From positions 193,311-257,310 of the forward strand of contig CAURKU010000001.1 of the NCBI GenBank assembly GCA_963525845.1: a stretch of 64,000 nucleotides of DNA. Reading direction: 5' to 3'. Below are positions 10,549-20,351 of the stretch, one piece after another (the stretch's first letter is position 1; each line of letters starts with the position of its first letter). Source of the stretch: an uncultured Candidatus Saccharibacteria bacterium. Lineage in GTDB: Bacteria > Patescibacteriota > Saccharimonadia > Saccharimonadales > Saccharimonadaceae. The notes beneath the pieces were generated by a model. The model was not told the origin of the DNA. It did not search any database and saw only the letters and a program-made list of their open reading frames with translations. The position numbers were made by a program, and so were the translations under genes.

Positions 10549-11741
10549 GCCGTCCAGCGATTACCCTGTACCTGCACGCTCACCAGCCATGGCGCGTTCG
10601 CAGTTATGGTGCACTCGACACTGCCAACCGTCATGATTATTTCAGTGGTGATGGCGACCAAAACAACAAAGAGATTTTTCTGAAAGTAGCCAACAAATCG
10701 TACCGACCGATGAATGCGCTGCTAGAAAAGCTACTACACGAATATCCAGAATTTTGTCTATCACTGAGTCTGTCTGGGGTGTTTTTGGAGCAAGCTGAGC
10801 AATTCGCGCCTGATGTGATTGAGAGTTTTCAGCGACTCGTGAAAACAGGACGCGTGGAGCTACTGGCTAGCCCCTATCATCACAGCCTGGCCTTTTTCTA
10901 CGATCAGTCTGAATTTGAGAAACAGGTTGCTCTCCATGCTGAGAAAATCAAACAGCTATTTGGCGTTTCGCCCAACGTTTTGGCAAACACGGAGCTGGCA
11001 TACAATGATGAGTTTGGGGCCTGGGCGGAAGCACACGGGTATGACGGTGTGCTGGCTGAAGGCTGGGACAAAGTGCTGGGTTGGCGCAGCCCAAATTATG
11101 TCTATCAACCAAAAGGCGCCACGCACACAAGGTTACTCCTAAAGAATTATCGCTTGAGTGATGATATCGCCTTTCGGTTTAGCAACAAAAAGTGGAGTGG
11201 CTGGCCACTGACGGCTGAAACTTACAGCTCATGGCTCACAGCATCGGGCGGTCCATTGGTCAATTTGTTCATGGACTATGAAACGTTTGGTGAGCATCAG
11301 TGGAAAGAACACGGCATTTTCACCTTCTTTGAGCGGTTTGTTGGGAAATGGATAACTGCTGGCGGTCAGTTTAATATGGTGTCGCAAGCTCTATCGAACG
11401 CACCAGTCGGAGACGTGAGTATGCCGGAAACTATCACTTGGGCCGACAGCGAGAGAGATTTGACAGCTTGGAATGGCAATGCTTTGCAACAAGAAGCTCT
11501 GCGCTATGTGTATCAGCTGGCGCCGCGAGTACTGGCGTCTAGCGATTCTCAGTTGATTAGCGATTGGCGTAATTTGCAAACCTCTGATCATTACTACTAC
11601 ATGTGCACCAAGTGGGCGTCTGACGGCGATGTTCATGCTTACTTTAGCCCGTATAATTCACCATACGAAGCTTCGCTGTATGTGATGAATGCTTTGCGGG
11701 ATATCTATTGGCGCTCGAGGCATGCTCATTCAACAATATAA
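10545..11741 (+). CDS. Glycoside hydrolase family 57 (alpha-amylase-like)
   Basis: HAHQP, NTELAY, DYETFGEHQ, WADSERD, SDHYYYM; ATGA overlap with GT4 gene. Confidence 0.92.
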   Translation: MSRPAITLYLHAHQPWRVRSYGALDTANRHDYFSGDGDQNNKEIFLKVANKSYRPMNALLEKLLHEYPEFCLSLSLSGVFLEQAEQFAPDVIESFQRLVKTGRVELLASPYHHSLAFFYDQSEFEKQVALHAEKIKQLFGVSPNVLANTELAYNDEFGAWAEAHGYDGVLAEGWDKVLGWRSPNYVYQPKGATHTRLLLKNYRLSDDIAFRFSNKKWSGWPLTAETYSSWLTASGGPLVNLFMDYETFGEHQWKEHGIFTFFERFVGKWITAGGQFNMVSQALSNAPVGDVSMPETITWADSERDLTAWNGNALQQEALRYVYQLAPRVLASSDSQLISDWRNLQTSDHYYYMCTKWASDGDVHAYFSPYNSPYEASLYVMNALRDIYWRSRHAHSTI

Positions 11742-11789
11742 AACCCACGGTTGTACACGTGGGTTTTTAATGATACGCGTGATAAGAAA

Positions 11790-12008
11790 CTAGCTTTTAC
11801 GAGCTTTAACTTCGTTACGACCAAGGTTTTTCTTGGTTTCGGTGTAGGTCGCGTGCTGACGAGCGATTGGGTCGTATTTACGCAGCGTCAACCTACCCTG
11901 GCCCTTAGTGGTGCGGTTTTGTGTATTGATTGTCGTGTAGTAAGTTCGGTGCTTGCTTTTGTTGCTCACCAAAGCGATCAACTTGCGTTTCGTATTCTTC
12001 TTTGCCAT
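11790..12008 (-). CDS. rpmG: 50S ribosomal protein L33, Cys-free type with C-terminal extension
   Basis: YYTT..N, LTLRKYDP, H..Y.E.K pattern. Confidence 0.9.
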   Translation of the reverse strand: MAKKNTKRKLIALVSNKSKHRTYYTTINTQNRTTKGQGRLTLRKYDPIARQHATYTETKKNLGRNEVKARKS

Positions 12009-12183
12009 AGTTTCCCTTTAACAATTTGTACTTAAACTTCGATTATACAATATAACAGATTATGCAAATTAGTTCAAGCAATTATCAAATGTTCATTCAT
12101 TGTGCTTCTGTAAAATATATGATACGGTAGTAATAGTAAGATATAACGCATCAGGTGGAGATGATGCAGTAAGGAGTGAGGGT

Positions 12184-13758
12184 ATGGCTAGACAGTCGTG
12201 GAGAACATATATAGCTCGCTTGAAGCAAGCAGCGACGACATCAAAACAAGCAACCGTAAAACATTTGGGCATTGGTATGATGGTGATGGCTATGGTGCTG
12301 CAATCAGTAGTTTTCTTCCAAGATTACGCACAAGCTGCGTCAGACGATATGATCCAAGGCGGTGTCGGCAGTAAAGAAGCAATTTTGGCGCATTATGACA
12401 AAAATACCAACAATTTCCGCGACGTACTAACCTACAATGGCATCACCAGAGCAGAATTGGCGAATATCTCTAGCACCAAGGTCCGCTACGAGGTTGATTC
12501 CTCTGCTCAGTCATGGGGTTGGACTTCACGGTTCTCTGAGGCTCAGGGTCAAAAAGCCCACACGGTTGCCGGACGCACCATTTACTCTCGTCCGCAGAAG
12601 TTGTGGGACAGTAGTTGGTACATGGGCTGGGAAGGCAGTTCGGCTACTCGAGGTAAATTCCGCATTATGTCTTCTTGTGGTAACTTGTTGACATATAGCG
12701 TGCCTCAAGCTGTTCCAGTGACGCCAACGCCGCAACCAAAACCGCAACCACAACCTCAGCCGCAGCCAGTTGCTACTTGTGACAGCTTGACTATCACCCA
12801 ACTGTCGCGTAACCGCTACCACATGAGCGCCAAGGCATCAGCCAAAAATGGCGCCACCATTCAATCAATCTACATCAGGGTGTATGACCCATCAGGCAAG
12901 CTTGTTGATGCCGGTGGTGTGACTGGTGACCAAACTGGCATGGGTGTTGAGCTCAAAACGCCAGGTACCTACAAAGTTCAAGCAACAGCAGTTACCAGCA
13001 TCGGTGAAGTAACCGGCCCTAACTGTACTGGTAGTTTCACAATTACTGATGACAATAAGCCAGAAGAGCCAAAGCCATCAGTCAGTATCACAAAAACAGT
13101 CAACAAACAGGAACACGCCAAGGTGGCGGTCAATACTGATTTCACCTATGAAATTACCGTCAAAAATACTGGCAAAACAGACCTGAAAGATGTTGTGGTG
13201 AGTGATACTGCTCCGCAAGGAGTGACGCTGTCAAACAGCAGTGCTGGTAAGGTCGATGGCGGTAAGTGGACACACACCATCGCTAACTTACCTGCTGGAC
13301 AGTCGCAGACGTTCTCTTTGACTGCTAAGTACGCAAAATTCATTGAGGGTAAGCACAAAAACACCGCTTGTGTTGACACACAGACCATCGCCGGCTCTCC
13401 AGACGCTTGTGATGACGCGACAACCGAAACCTACACGGTGACGACACCTCCAACGAATCCACCAACTCAACCAACACCAAATGAACCAAATAAGCCAACT
13501 CAGCCGACACCTACGCCATCAGTACCGAATGAGCCGAATAAGCCGACACCGACTGAGCCGACTACACCACCAACTACCAATCAAAATCAAACCACGCCTC
13601 CTGCTGCCACGCCGCAGCCGCAGCCAACTCCTACCGCGCCAACCACTAAGGAATTGCCTCTCACCGGCACTCTGAACACCGCTAGCGGCATCTTGGGACT
13701 TGGTGGACTGGTGAGCGTGACGTGCGCTTATGTGATGAGCCGACGCAGCTTGCGCTAA
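12184..13758 (+). CDS. Surface protein: N-terminal TM/signal, beta-sandwich and DUF11-like domains, Pro/Thr-rich stalk, LPxTG-type C-terminal anchor
   Basis: SD AGGAG before ATG 12184; ITKTV...FTYEITVKNTG..DL..VVVSD pattern; ELPLTG + hydrophobic helix + RRSLR. Confidence 0.82.
   Translation: MARQSWRTYIARLKQAATTSKQATVKHLGIGMMVMAMVLQSVVFFQDYAQAASDDMIQGGVGSKEAILAHYDKNTNNFRDVLTYNGITRAELANISSTKVRYEVDSSAQSWGWTSRFSEAQGQKAHTVAGRTIYSRPQKLWDSSWYMGWEGSSATRGKFRIMSSCGNLLTYSVPQAVPVTPTPQPKPQPQPQPQPVATCDSLTITQLSRNRYHMSAKASAKNGATIQSIYIRVYDPSGKLVDAGGVTGDQTGMGVELKTPGTYKVQATAVTSIGEVTGPNCTGSFTITDDNKPEEPKPSVSITKTVNKQEHAKVAVNTDFTYEITVKNTGKTDLKDVVVSDTAPQGVTLSNSSAGKVDGGKWTHTIANLPAGQSQTFSLTAKYAKFIEGKHKNTACVDTQTIAGSPDACDDATTETYTVTTPPTNPPTQPTPNEPNKPTQPTPTPSVPNEPNKPTPTEPTTPPTTNQNQTTPPAATPQPQPTPTAPTTKELPLTGTLNTASGILGLGGLVSVTCAYVMSRRSLR
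13438..13650 (+). repeat. Low-complexity Pro/Thr coding repeats (PNEPNKPT twice; PQPQP also near 12730-12768)
   Basis: Seen directly in the translation. Confidence 0.8.
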
Positions 13759-13782
13759 TCTGCAGATAACAATAAACACGAT

Positions 13783-13819
13783 AAAATCCGCGCCACAGAA
13801 CCGGCGCGGATTTATTTTT
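13783..13819. terminator. Bidirectional intrinsic terminator
   Basis: AAATCCGCGCC...GGCGCGGATTT between convergent genes. Confidence 0.85.
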
Positions 13820-13832
13820 GGTGGGCGAACAG

Positions 13833-14327
13833 TTACCGATAGTTACCAAAGCTTAACGGAAAATCAAAATCTGCTTGATTGAGCGTCGCCATGACGGATT
13901 GTAGCTCGTCTTTGCTGTTTGAGGTGCAGCGCACACTGTCGCCTTGAATCTGGGTTTTTACCTTGGGGTGTGCTTCTTTCAGGAGTTTAGTGATCTTTTT
14001 GGCGTTTTCTTGGCTGAGGCCGTCTTTGAACGGCACATCTTGCCAGGCGCGCATATTGGCGGCATTGTGCGCCCCGCCGAGGTCAAGCACCTTGCTGGTC
14101 ATATTGCGTTTGGCGAGTTGCCGGCCAATCATGTCAATGATTGATTGCACCTGAAATTCGTCTGCACCAATAACCTTGAAGCCTTTTTTGTCTGGCAGCC
14201 ATTCAACATCAGCTGGCGTCCCCTTAAAATCAAAGCGGTTGGCAATTTCCCGCACCACCAATTGATGAACGTTATTCATCTCTGGTTTGTTAAACGTGCT
14301 TTCTATATCAAAACTAAATTGAGCCAT
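13833..14327 (-). CDS. yajQ: YajQ-family nucleotide-binding protein
   Basis: SFDI, RFDFKGT, AKKITK, QIQGDSVR, DELQ, L.F.NYR. Confidence 0.92.
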   Translation of the reverse strand: MAQFSFDIESTFNKPEMNNVHQLVVREIANRFDFKGTPADVEWLPDKKGFKVIGADEFQVQSIIDMIGRQLAKRNMTSKVLDLGGAHNAANMRAWQDVPFKDGLSQENAKKITKLLKEAHPKVKTQIQGDSVRCTSNSKDELQSVMATLNQADFDFPLSFGNYR

Positions 14328-14403
14328 AATTCCTCCTGATAATTATTATAGCAAACGCTTTTCACCGACAGGATAATTTGGTATAATCAGCTGTGAGTAT
14401 AAC

Positions 14404-14479
14404 GCCGCGATAGCTCAGTTGGTAGAGCGCATCCATGGTAAGGATGAGGTCTCGGGTTCAAGCCCCGATCGTGGCTCCA
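14404..14479 (+). tRNA. tRNA-Thr (GGT)
   Basis: 76-nt cloverleaf, CATCC-ATGGTAA-GGATG anticodon arm, encoded CCA. Confidence 0.97.
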
Positions 14480-14564
14480 TGTTGATTTTGTAGAAAAGGT
14501 CACCTGAAAGGGTGGCTTTTGCATTATGCATTATCCATCTTGCCTATATGTAGTTATTTTTATC

Positions 14565-15863
14565 TTAATTACGTTTTATTAGCATTGTGATAAGCCTAAA
14601 TAAATCATCTGCCGATATGAATTCTTCACCCCTGACATTGGGGACTTTTTCTTGCGATTTGTCCAGCTTCTTTTCGCTAAAGAATTTTTCTGCTAGCTTG
14701 ATAAGTAAGTTATCCCGCTTGGTCTTGTCGGTAATATCCTCCAGATATGGACGCACTGCACTAAGCTGTAGCGACATATGTTCAGACTGTCGCTGAGCTT
14801 GGCGATGTTCTGTAGATTGTCTTGCGGCGTACGTGGCCAAGCTGCCTGAAGCTGCTAATACGGCTAGCTTTGCAACCAGCTTTTGCCAAGCCATATCACT
14901 TGCTGCTTCATGTGCAAGAATGCCTGCCCAGACAATTGCAACGATAACTGCTAAAGCTGTAACTATTTGCCACACAAGTGACGATATCCACTCGCGTTTT
15001 GCATTTTTCGAATAATCACTGATAAGTGCATCTTGGCTCACGATTCCAAGTAGTTTTTCTGCTCGTTTTCTTGCGTCCTCTGTCGCTTTGGCACTTTTCT
15101 CAGCAGCTATATTGATTGCGTTAGATTTCTCATCTGTTTCTTTCGCTAGCTTATTGAGGGTTGCATCAAGCTCACTCTGCTTGAGTGCGATAAGGTCTGC
15201 AAATTTTTCTGATCGCTCGATCTGGGCATCATTAAATGCTTTCGTCTGGTCTGTCGAAAGTTTATTTGCGGCTGATTTAACCGTTTCTAGCTGCTCGGCT
15301 AATTCTTCACTTTCCTTTGTGATGTCTTCCAACTTCTTTTCGACAACCGCTGTATTATTATCGATAATTTCTTTTGCGTCAGCTATTTTGTTGTCAATTG
15401 TGGTGTCGGCGAGCGAGCCCTTCTCTTCTATTTGACTAATAATGCCATCTACTATTGTTTTCTGACGTGCTGCGGAGCGTCGTAGACTGGTAATTGCGGC
15501 ACGCGCCTCTGGTATATTCATTGCCGGAACAACTAAGGGGATATGCTGCAATATCATGTCTACTCGTTCAATAGCATAGGATGATAGGTAGGTCGGCGAA
15601 GTGCCACCGCCCCAATCGTTCAGATACGAGTTGATGTTATGCAAATACGCAACTATACTAGAAAGTGCTGAGTAGTTAATAAGTCGAGGATCTGCGTTGT
15701 CGATAATAGCTTTCAATACCTCATTTACTGCGCGGATTTTATCAAGATAATCTCTATCCTCGATACTTAACTCAGCTTCTTTATATGAATCAAGGCGCAA
15801 GGTCAGATTTTCGCTTGCATCTGATAGCCCACTGTCTTTTAGTTTTTGTTCCCAAGGGTTCAT
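14565..15863 (-). CDS. Coiled-coil protein with two C-terminal TM helices, AT-richer than flanks
   Basis: 432-aa ORF, long heptad-like helical centre, two hydrophobic segments, SD GGAGGAG. Confidence 0.8.
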   Translation of the reverse strand: MNPWEQKLKDSGLSDASENLTLRLDSYKEAELSIEDRDYLDKIRAVNEVLKAIIDNADPRLINYSALSSIVAYLHNINSYLNDWGGGTSPTYLSSYAIERVDMILQHIPLVVPAMNIPEARAAITSLRRSAARQKTIVDGIISQIEEKGSLADTTIDNKIADAKEIIDNNTAVVEKKLEDITKESEELAEQLETVKSAANKLSTDQTKAFNDAQIERSEKFADLIALKQSELDATLNKLAKETDEKSNAINIAAEKSAKATEDARKRAEKLLGIVSQDALISDYSKNAKREWISSLVWQIVTALAVIVAIVWAGILAHEAASDMAWQKLVAKLAVLAASGSLATYAARQSTEHRQAQRQSEHMSLQLSAVRPYLEDITDKTKRDNLLIKLAEKFFSEKKLDKSQEKVPNVRGEEFISADDLFRLITMLIKRN

Positions 15864-16019
15864 CTCAAAATCTCCTCCATCAATGCCGCCTCACTGTGTG
15901 CATTTTTCTATTTCATTATACCACCTTATATTCACGACTATCTTTGATTTGGCAATCGGATGCAGCGAGAACTTGCACCTTTTGTGGCTTTAGGAATGAA
16001 GAACTATAGTATAAAAGCC

Positions 16020-16304
16020 TTATTTTTTGCTTCGTTTGGTTGTCTTTTTGGCTTCGTGCTTTGGTAGGATTGGCGCGATGAATGCGTCTAGCAGTGCCCA
16101 GGCGACGCCGTTGAAGATGTATACGACGGCGGTAAAGGCAGCGATGATCATGAGTACGCGTCCGAAGTCGCTGTTTAACAGAGACAAAAAGCCTGCTACC
16201 ACTGCCAGTGAGATGATAATCAAGAAATACGCCTGTTGCAGTTTGGTGCGCTGGTTTTTGTTGCTATTCCATTCGGTCAGGAATTGTTTGAATAATAAGA
16301 ACAT
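16020..16304 (-). CDS. Small two-TM membrane protein
   Basis: Hydrophobic helices, basic tail, TGCTATAAT 6 nt upstream. Confidence 0.75.
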   Translation of the reverse strand: MFLLFKQFLTEWNSNKNQRTKLQQAYFLIIISLAVVAGFLSLLNSDFGRVLMIIAAFTAVVYIFNGVAWALLDAFIAPILPKHEAKKTTKRSKK

Positions 16305-16407
16305 AATTAGATTATAGCATGTATATTATATTTAGTCAATGGGCAGAGGCTTGCTTGACGGAACTATGAGTAATCAAAAACCGCCTCGCGATGAGACGGT
16401 GTTTGAT

Positions 16408-16492
16408 TGGTACCGGAAGTAGGACTCGAACCTACGAAGCCTTACGGCGGGAGATTTACAGTCTCCTGTGATTGCCACTACACGATTCCGGC
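16408..16492 (-). tRNA. tRNA-Tyr (GTA)
   Basis: 85 nt with long variable arm, GGAGA-CTGTAAA-TCTCC anticodon arm. Confidence 0.95.
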
Positions 16493-16499
16493 ATGTGTT

Positions 16500-16576
16500 T
16501 GGAGCCGCTTCTCGGGCTCGAACCGAGGACCTACGGTTTACAAAACCGTTGCTCTAGCCAGCTGAGCTAAAGCGGC
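16500..16576 (-). tRNA. tRNA-Thr (TGT)
   Basis: ACGGT-TTTGTAA-ACCGT anticodon arm, encoded CCA. Confidence 0.96.
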
Positions 16577-16614
16577 ACTGCTGTGATTATAGCAAAAAAA
16601 AATAAGCTAAGCAA

Positions 16615-17283
16615 CTACATTACCAACTTTTTGGGCTGTTTTGGTTGACGGCGCTGACGCGGTACGGCGCCTTGGCTGTCTGGGACTAACATGGTCGCAG
16701 CTTTTTTGCGTAGGCCAGAGGCCAGCTCTGCTTGTCCGTTGTTGTCGTAAGCCTCGGCCAGAACAGTCAATGTCTGTGGAATTGGGTCAAGTTCGACTGC
16801 TTTTTCCAGCGCAGCGATCATCTTTTTACCATTACCCATTTTTTCTTGGACTTTGGCGTAGGCGATGTAGCGCGCCGCCAAATCGTCTTCCATCTCCAGG
16901 GCTTGCTCAAAAGCCAATGCTGCCTTGGGATAATTCTTTGTTTCGTAATAAATCAAACCGACATTGTGCAGGCTAGAGGCGCTTGGTTCCAAGCTCTGGG
17001 CGATCTCAAAGCACTCGATGGCGTCTTTGTAGGCCTGCTGCTTGGCGTACAGAATACCCAAACGGTTGTAAGCGGTGGCGTTCTTCTCATCAACACGCAA
17101 AATTGTCAGCAGCGCCTTCTCTGCCCTGAGATATTTGTTGTCGCGAATGGATTCTTGCGCAATAGCCCACAATTGATCGAGTTTTTCAGAAATCTTGGCT
17201 GGAAAATCTGCAGAATTTTCTTCGGAAGGTTTGTAGGTGATTGCCCAAATGATAATTGCTAAAATGAATATCAAACTTATCAT
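16615..17283 (-). CDS. Membrane-anchored TPR protein
   Basis: N-terminal TM; TPR patterns AYNRLGILY, LHNVGLIY, ALEKAVELDP. Confidence 0.88.
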   Translation of the reverse strand: MISLIFILAIIIWAITYKPSEENSADFPAKISEKLDQLWAIAQESIRDNKYLRAEKALLTILRVDEKNATAYNRLGILYAKQQAYKDAIECFEIAQSLEPSASSLHNVGLIYYETKNYPKAALAFEQALEMEDDLAARYIAYAKVQEKMGNGKKMIAALEKAVELDPIPQTLTVLAEAYDNNGQAELASGLRKKAATMLVPDSQGAVPRQRRQPKQPKKLVM

Positions 17284-17293
17284 ATCTGCTTAA

Positions 17294-18109
17294 TTATAGC
17301 ACAATTTTTAATAAAGCGAGGCGCGTATTGCCATTTGCCATGAGAGACTTCTCTGCTTCCAGTACTTTTTGCAGCGATTGGTGTACGGCTGGCGGTTGGG
17401 CGGCGTGTTTCAGCTGGAAATGGATGAAGCGCAGCAGGATGTCGATGAGCTGGAGGGCTTTGGTGCGGTCGGTGTAGTGCATGGCGCATTTTATGGCTGA
17501 GTATGAGCTGGGGTGCTCCAGAATATGCTTGGCGTCAGCGGCGATGGCTTGGCGCTCTGCCAGTTTTTTGGCGTTTTGGCTCAGTTCGGTGATGAGGAGC
17601 GGCAATCCAGCGGCGAGAAATGCTATTTGGCGCTTTTCTTGAGGCGTCAGTTTGACGTTTTCCAGTAGCTGAGCGTCCTGGCTAGCGGTGGTACGGTGGA
17701 GTGTCAGCTGCTGGCAGCGGGACTGGATGGTTGGGAGTAGATCTGTGCCGGCGGTAGTGATCAAGAGAAAATGAGTGTTAGGATTTGGCTCTTCCAATGT
17801 TTTGAGTAATGCGTTTTGTGCGGACTCGGTCATGAGGTTGGCTGGGTTGATGATGACGACGCGGCGGACGGAACTATGAGTGCGCAGCATGGCTGTCAGA
17901 TCGCGGATCTGTTCGGTTGAGATGGTGCTTTTTTGTGGCAGTGGGCTGACAGTGAGGACCTCTGATTGGCGGTGGTTTGCCAAGTAGTGGGCAGTTCCTA
18001 CTCTGTCCAGGCCAGGTTCGGCAATGATCATCAGTGATTGCGGTAAGCGGTTTGCTAATTGTTCTACCGTGGCTTGGTCATTGGTGGAGATGAGAGGCGT
18101 CTGGCTCAT
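17294..18109 (-). CDS. holB: DNA polymerase III delta-prime subunit, lacking the zinc module
   Basis: ISTEQIRDL, AQNALLKTLEEP, LLPTIQSRC. Confidence 0.88.
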   Translation of the reverse strand: MSQTPLISTNDQATVEQLANRLPQSLMIIAEPGLDRVGTAHYLANHRQSEVLTVSPLPQKSTISTEQIRDLTAMLRTHSSVRRVVIINPANLMTESAQNALLKTLEEPNPNTHFLLITTAGTDLLPTIQSRCQQLTLHRTTASQDAQLLENVKLTPQEKRQIAFLAAGLPLLITELSQNAKKLAERQAIAADAKHILEHPSSYSAIKCAMHYTDRTKALQLIDILLRFIHFQLKHAAQPPAVHQSLQKVLEAEKSLMANGNTRLALLKIVL

Positions 18110-19278
18110 TGGTCGCTCGGTTCTTCTATGTTGTTGGCGTACTCAGGAAATAGTTCAGTGAATACGCTGGGGATGGCTGCCTCAAAGATTCTTCGCTCAC
18201 CAGACGGCAGCGTGATTTCCAGTTTGTGGGCGTGGAGCATCAGACGGCTGGCATTTGGCTTGCCGTAGACGCGGTCACCGAGAATTGGTGTGTTTAGGTG
18301 CGCCATATGGACGCGCAGTTGGTGGGTGCGGCCGGTGGTGGGTTTAAGTTCAATCAGCGCCCGGGTGTCAGTTGCTGCCAGTACGCGGTAGGTCGTCTGG
18401 GCGGGCTTGCCGTTCGGGTCAACGCGGAAGGTGCTGGGCGCGGACGGGTTGCGGCCAATCGGTAGGTCAATCTTCGCGGCGGCTACTTTCGGTACGCCGT
18501 CGGTCACCGCTAGGTAGGTTTTTTTGGCGGTGCGCTGGGCGAATTGCCGCTGTAAATGAGCGGCAGCGTCAGCAGTTTTAGCGATGATGAGCACGCCCGA
18601 GGTGTCGCGGTCGAGCCGATGGACGATGCCCGGCCGGTCGGTGCCCGAGGCAAACGAAGTCTTGGGGCGAATAATTTCCGCCACGGTTGGTTCGGTCGAT
18701 AGTCCACCTTTGGCGTGGGTTAGGAGCCCGCTTGGCTTATTCACCACCATCACGTCATCGTCTTCGTATAGAACCGGCAGCTCTGCACTGGCCTGCTCCT
18801 GTTCTGGCAGCTTGACGGCGATCTCGTCGGTCTCGTCGACCTCGAACTTTGGCGCCGTCACCACGCGTTGGTTGACCGAAATGTAACCGGCTTTGATGTA
18901 CTTTTGCCAGAGGCTGCGCGAAATCGACGGGTCAAATGTCGTGGACAAGTGGATGTCCAGGCGCTGCTTGGTCGGTACAATTCGAAACATTATGACAAAC
19001 TTACCCTGAAATGGCGTCTCGGTGAAATTCGGGTCAAGCGGATTTGGTAAAATCTCCGCGTTGGCTGGCTTGTCAGGCCATAATTCGTCAATTGATTCCT
19101 CGTCAACAATCGAGCCGTAGAGTACGGCGAAGTACTGTTTGTTCAGGATGAATTCTGCCAGCAGGTGCGATTCGTCGGTCTGAATCTTCAGGTGGCGCAA
19201 GGCTTTAACGGGCGTGTTGTCATCCGCCAGGTGATATAATCTGGCGATCTTGAGGACGGTGCGCGCCGAAATTTTCAC
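18106..19278 (-). CDS. RluA/RluD-family pseudouridine synthase with extra N-terminal region
   Basis: S4 domain, NKPSGL, HRLDRDTSG, TGRTHQLRVH; GTG 19278 taken as likely start. Confidence 0.92.
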   Translation of the reverse strand: MKISARTVLKIARLYHLADDNTPVKALRHLKIQTDESHLLAEFILNKQYFAVLYGSIVDEESIDELWPDKPANAEILPNPLDPNFTETPFQGKFVIMFRIVPTKQRLDIHLSTTFDPSISRSLWQKYIKAGYISVNQRVVTAPKFEVDETDEIAVKLPEQEQASAELPVLYEDDDVMVVNKPSGLLTHAKGGLSTEPTVAEIIRPKTSFASGTDRPGIVHRLDRDTSGVLIIAKTADAAAHLQRQFAQRTAKKTYLAVTDGVPKVAAAKIDLPIGRNPSAPSTFRVDPNGKPAQTTYRVLAATDTRALIELKPTTGRTHQLRVHMAHLNTPILGDRVYGKPNASRLMLHAHKLEITLPSGERRIFEAAIPSVFTELFPEYANNIEEPSDQ

Positions 19279-19288
19279 GCGAGCGTTC

Positions 19289-20335
19289 CTATCTCCGCAG
19301 CCCCACGGCTGCCTGGACACGGTGCAAGGTTTCGTTAGCGACGATGTTCATGTCGCTCTCGCTGGACTCCAGTTTGCGTTCAATTGCCGGCTCATCAACT
19401 GCCGCCAGGCGCGCCTGGAAATTCGCCAAGAATTCCGCCACTTCATCAGCCACGATTCGCTTGAAATCGCCGTAGCGCTCCATACCGGCGTACTGGCTGA
19501 TGGTCTGCTCCAAGCTGACGTCTTTTCCGCTGTCTTGGCGTACCAGCGTCAAAATCTCCAGCAGATTGGAAATGCCCGGTTGGTTCTCACGGTCATATTG
19601 CACCTTGCCTAATGAATCGGTGGTGGCGCTCATGATTTTTTTGTGTGCTGCCTGCAGCTCGTCGCCAAGGAAAATGACACCCTTGCCGCTGTCGTCGGAT
19701 TTGCTCATCTTTTTGGTTGGGTTCGCTAGGTCTTTAATCCTCAGGCCCTGGTCGTTGCCGAAGAATTCATGCTGCTGGGCGACTGGTTTGGGCACGACGA
19801 ATAAGTCGCCAAATTTGCGGTTCATCCGCTCGGCGATGTCGCGGGTAAATTCCAGGTGCTGTGTCTGGTCGTCGCCAACCGGCACGTAGCTGGCGCCGTA
19901 GAGCAAGATGTCGGCGGCCATCAGGACTGGGTAGTTGAATAGGCCGACAGAAATCTGGTCGCCATGAAGCTTCTCGGATTTATCCTTAAACTGCGTCATC
20001 CGGCTCATCTCGCCAAACCCAGTGAAGCAGTCCAAAATCCACGCCAGCTCGCTGTGGGCCGGGACGCGACTTTGGCGGTATAGATGAATGGCCTGGTTAT
20101 CCAGCGGCAACCCCGCGGCCGTATAAATCCGGGCGTTGCTGAGGATGCTGTCATACAACTTGCTGTGGTCAATTGGCGTGGTGAAGCTGTGTAGATCCGG
20201 GATGAACAGATTGATATCAAAATCAGCCGAGCGGCGCTTCGCCATATCAACAATCGGTAAGATGGCGCCAAAATAATTGCCAATGTGAATATCGTTGTTG
20301 GCGCGTACGCCGGTGAGGATGACGGGTTTACTCAT
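19289..20335 (-). CDS. trpS: Tryptophanyl-tRNA synthetase
   Basis: HIGNY, YPVLMAADIL, VPVGDDQ.QH, KMSKS. Confidence 0.97.
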   Translation of the reverse strand: MSKPVILTGVRANNDIHIGNYFGAILPIVDMAKRRSADFDINLFIPDLHSFTTPIDHSKLYDSILSNARIYTAAGLPLDNQAIHLYRQSRVPAHSELAWILDCFTGFGEMSRMTQFKDKSEKLHGDQISVGLFNYPVLMAADILLYGASYVPVGDDQTQHLEFTRDIAERMNRKFGDLFVVPKPVAQQHEFFGNDQGLRIKDLANPTKKMSKSDDSGKGVIFLGDELQAAHKKIMSATTDSLGKVQYDRENQPGISNLLEILTLVRQDSGKDVSLEQTISQYAGMERYGDFKRIVADEVAEFLANFQARLAAVDEPAIERKLESSESDMNIVANETLHRVQAAVGLRR

Positions 20336-20351
20336 GGGTCTATTATATCAC

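Noticed and set aside
13438..13650. Repetitive DNA resembling an array
   Set aside because: Degenerate Pro/Thr coding repeats; no repeat-spacer structure and no cas genes, so not CRISPR.
16408..16492. G1-U72 pair in the tRNA-Tyr acceptor stem
   Set aside because: Single wobble in an otherwise normal tRNA; too weak to interpret.
14404..16576. Possible integrative element at the tRNA cluster
   Set aside because: No integrase and no duplicated tRNA 3' end seen.
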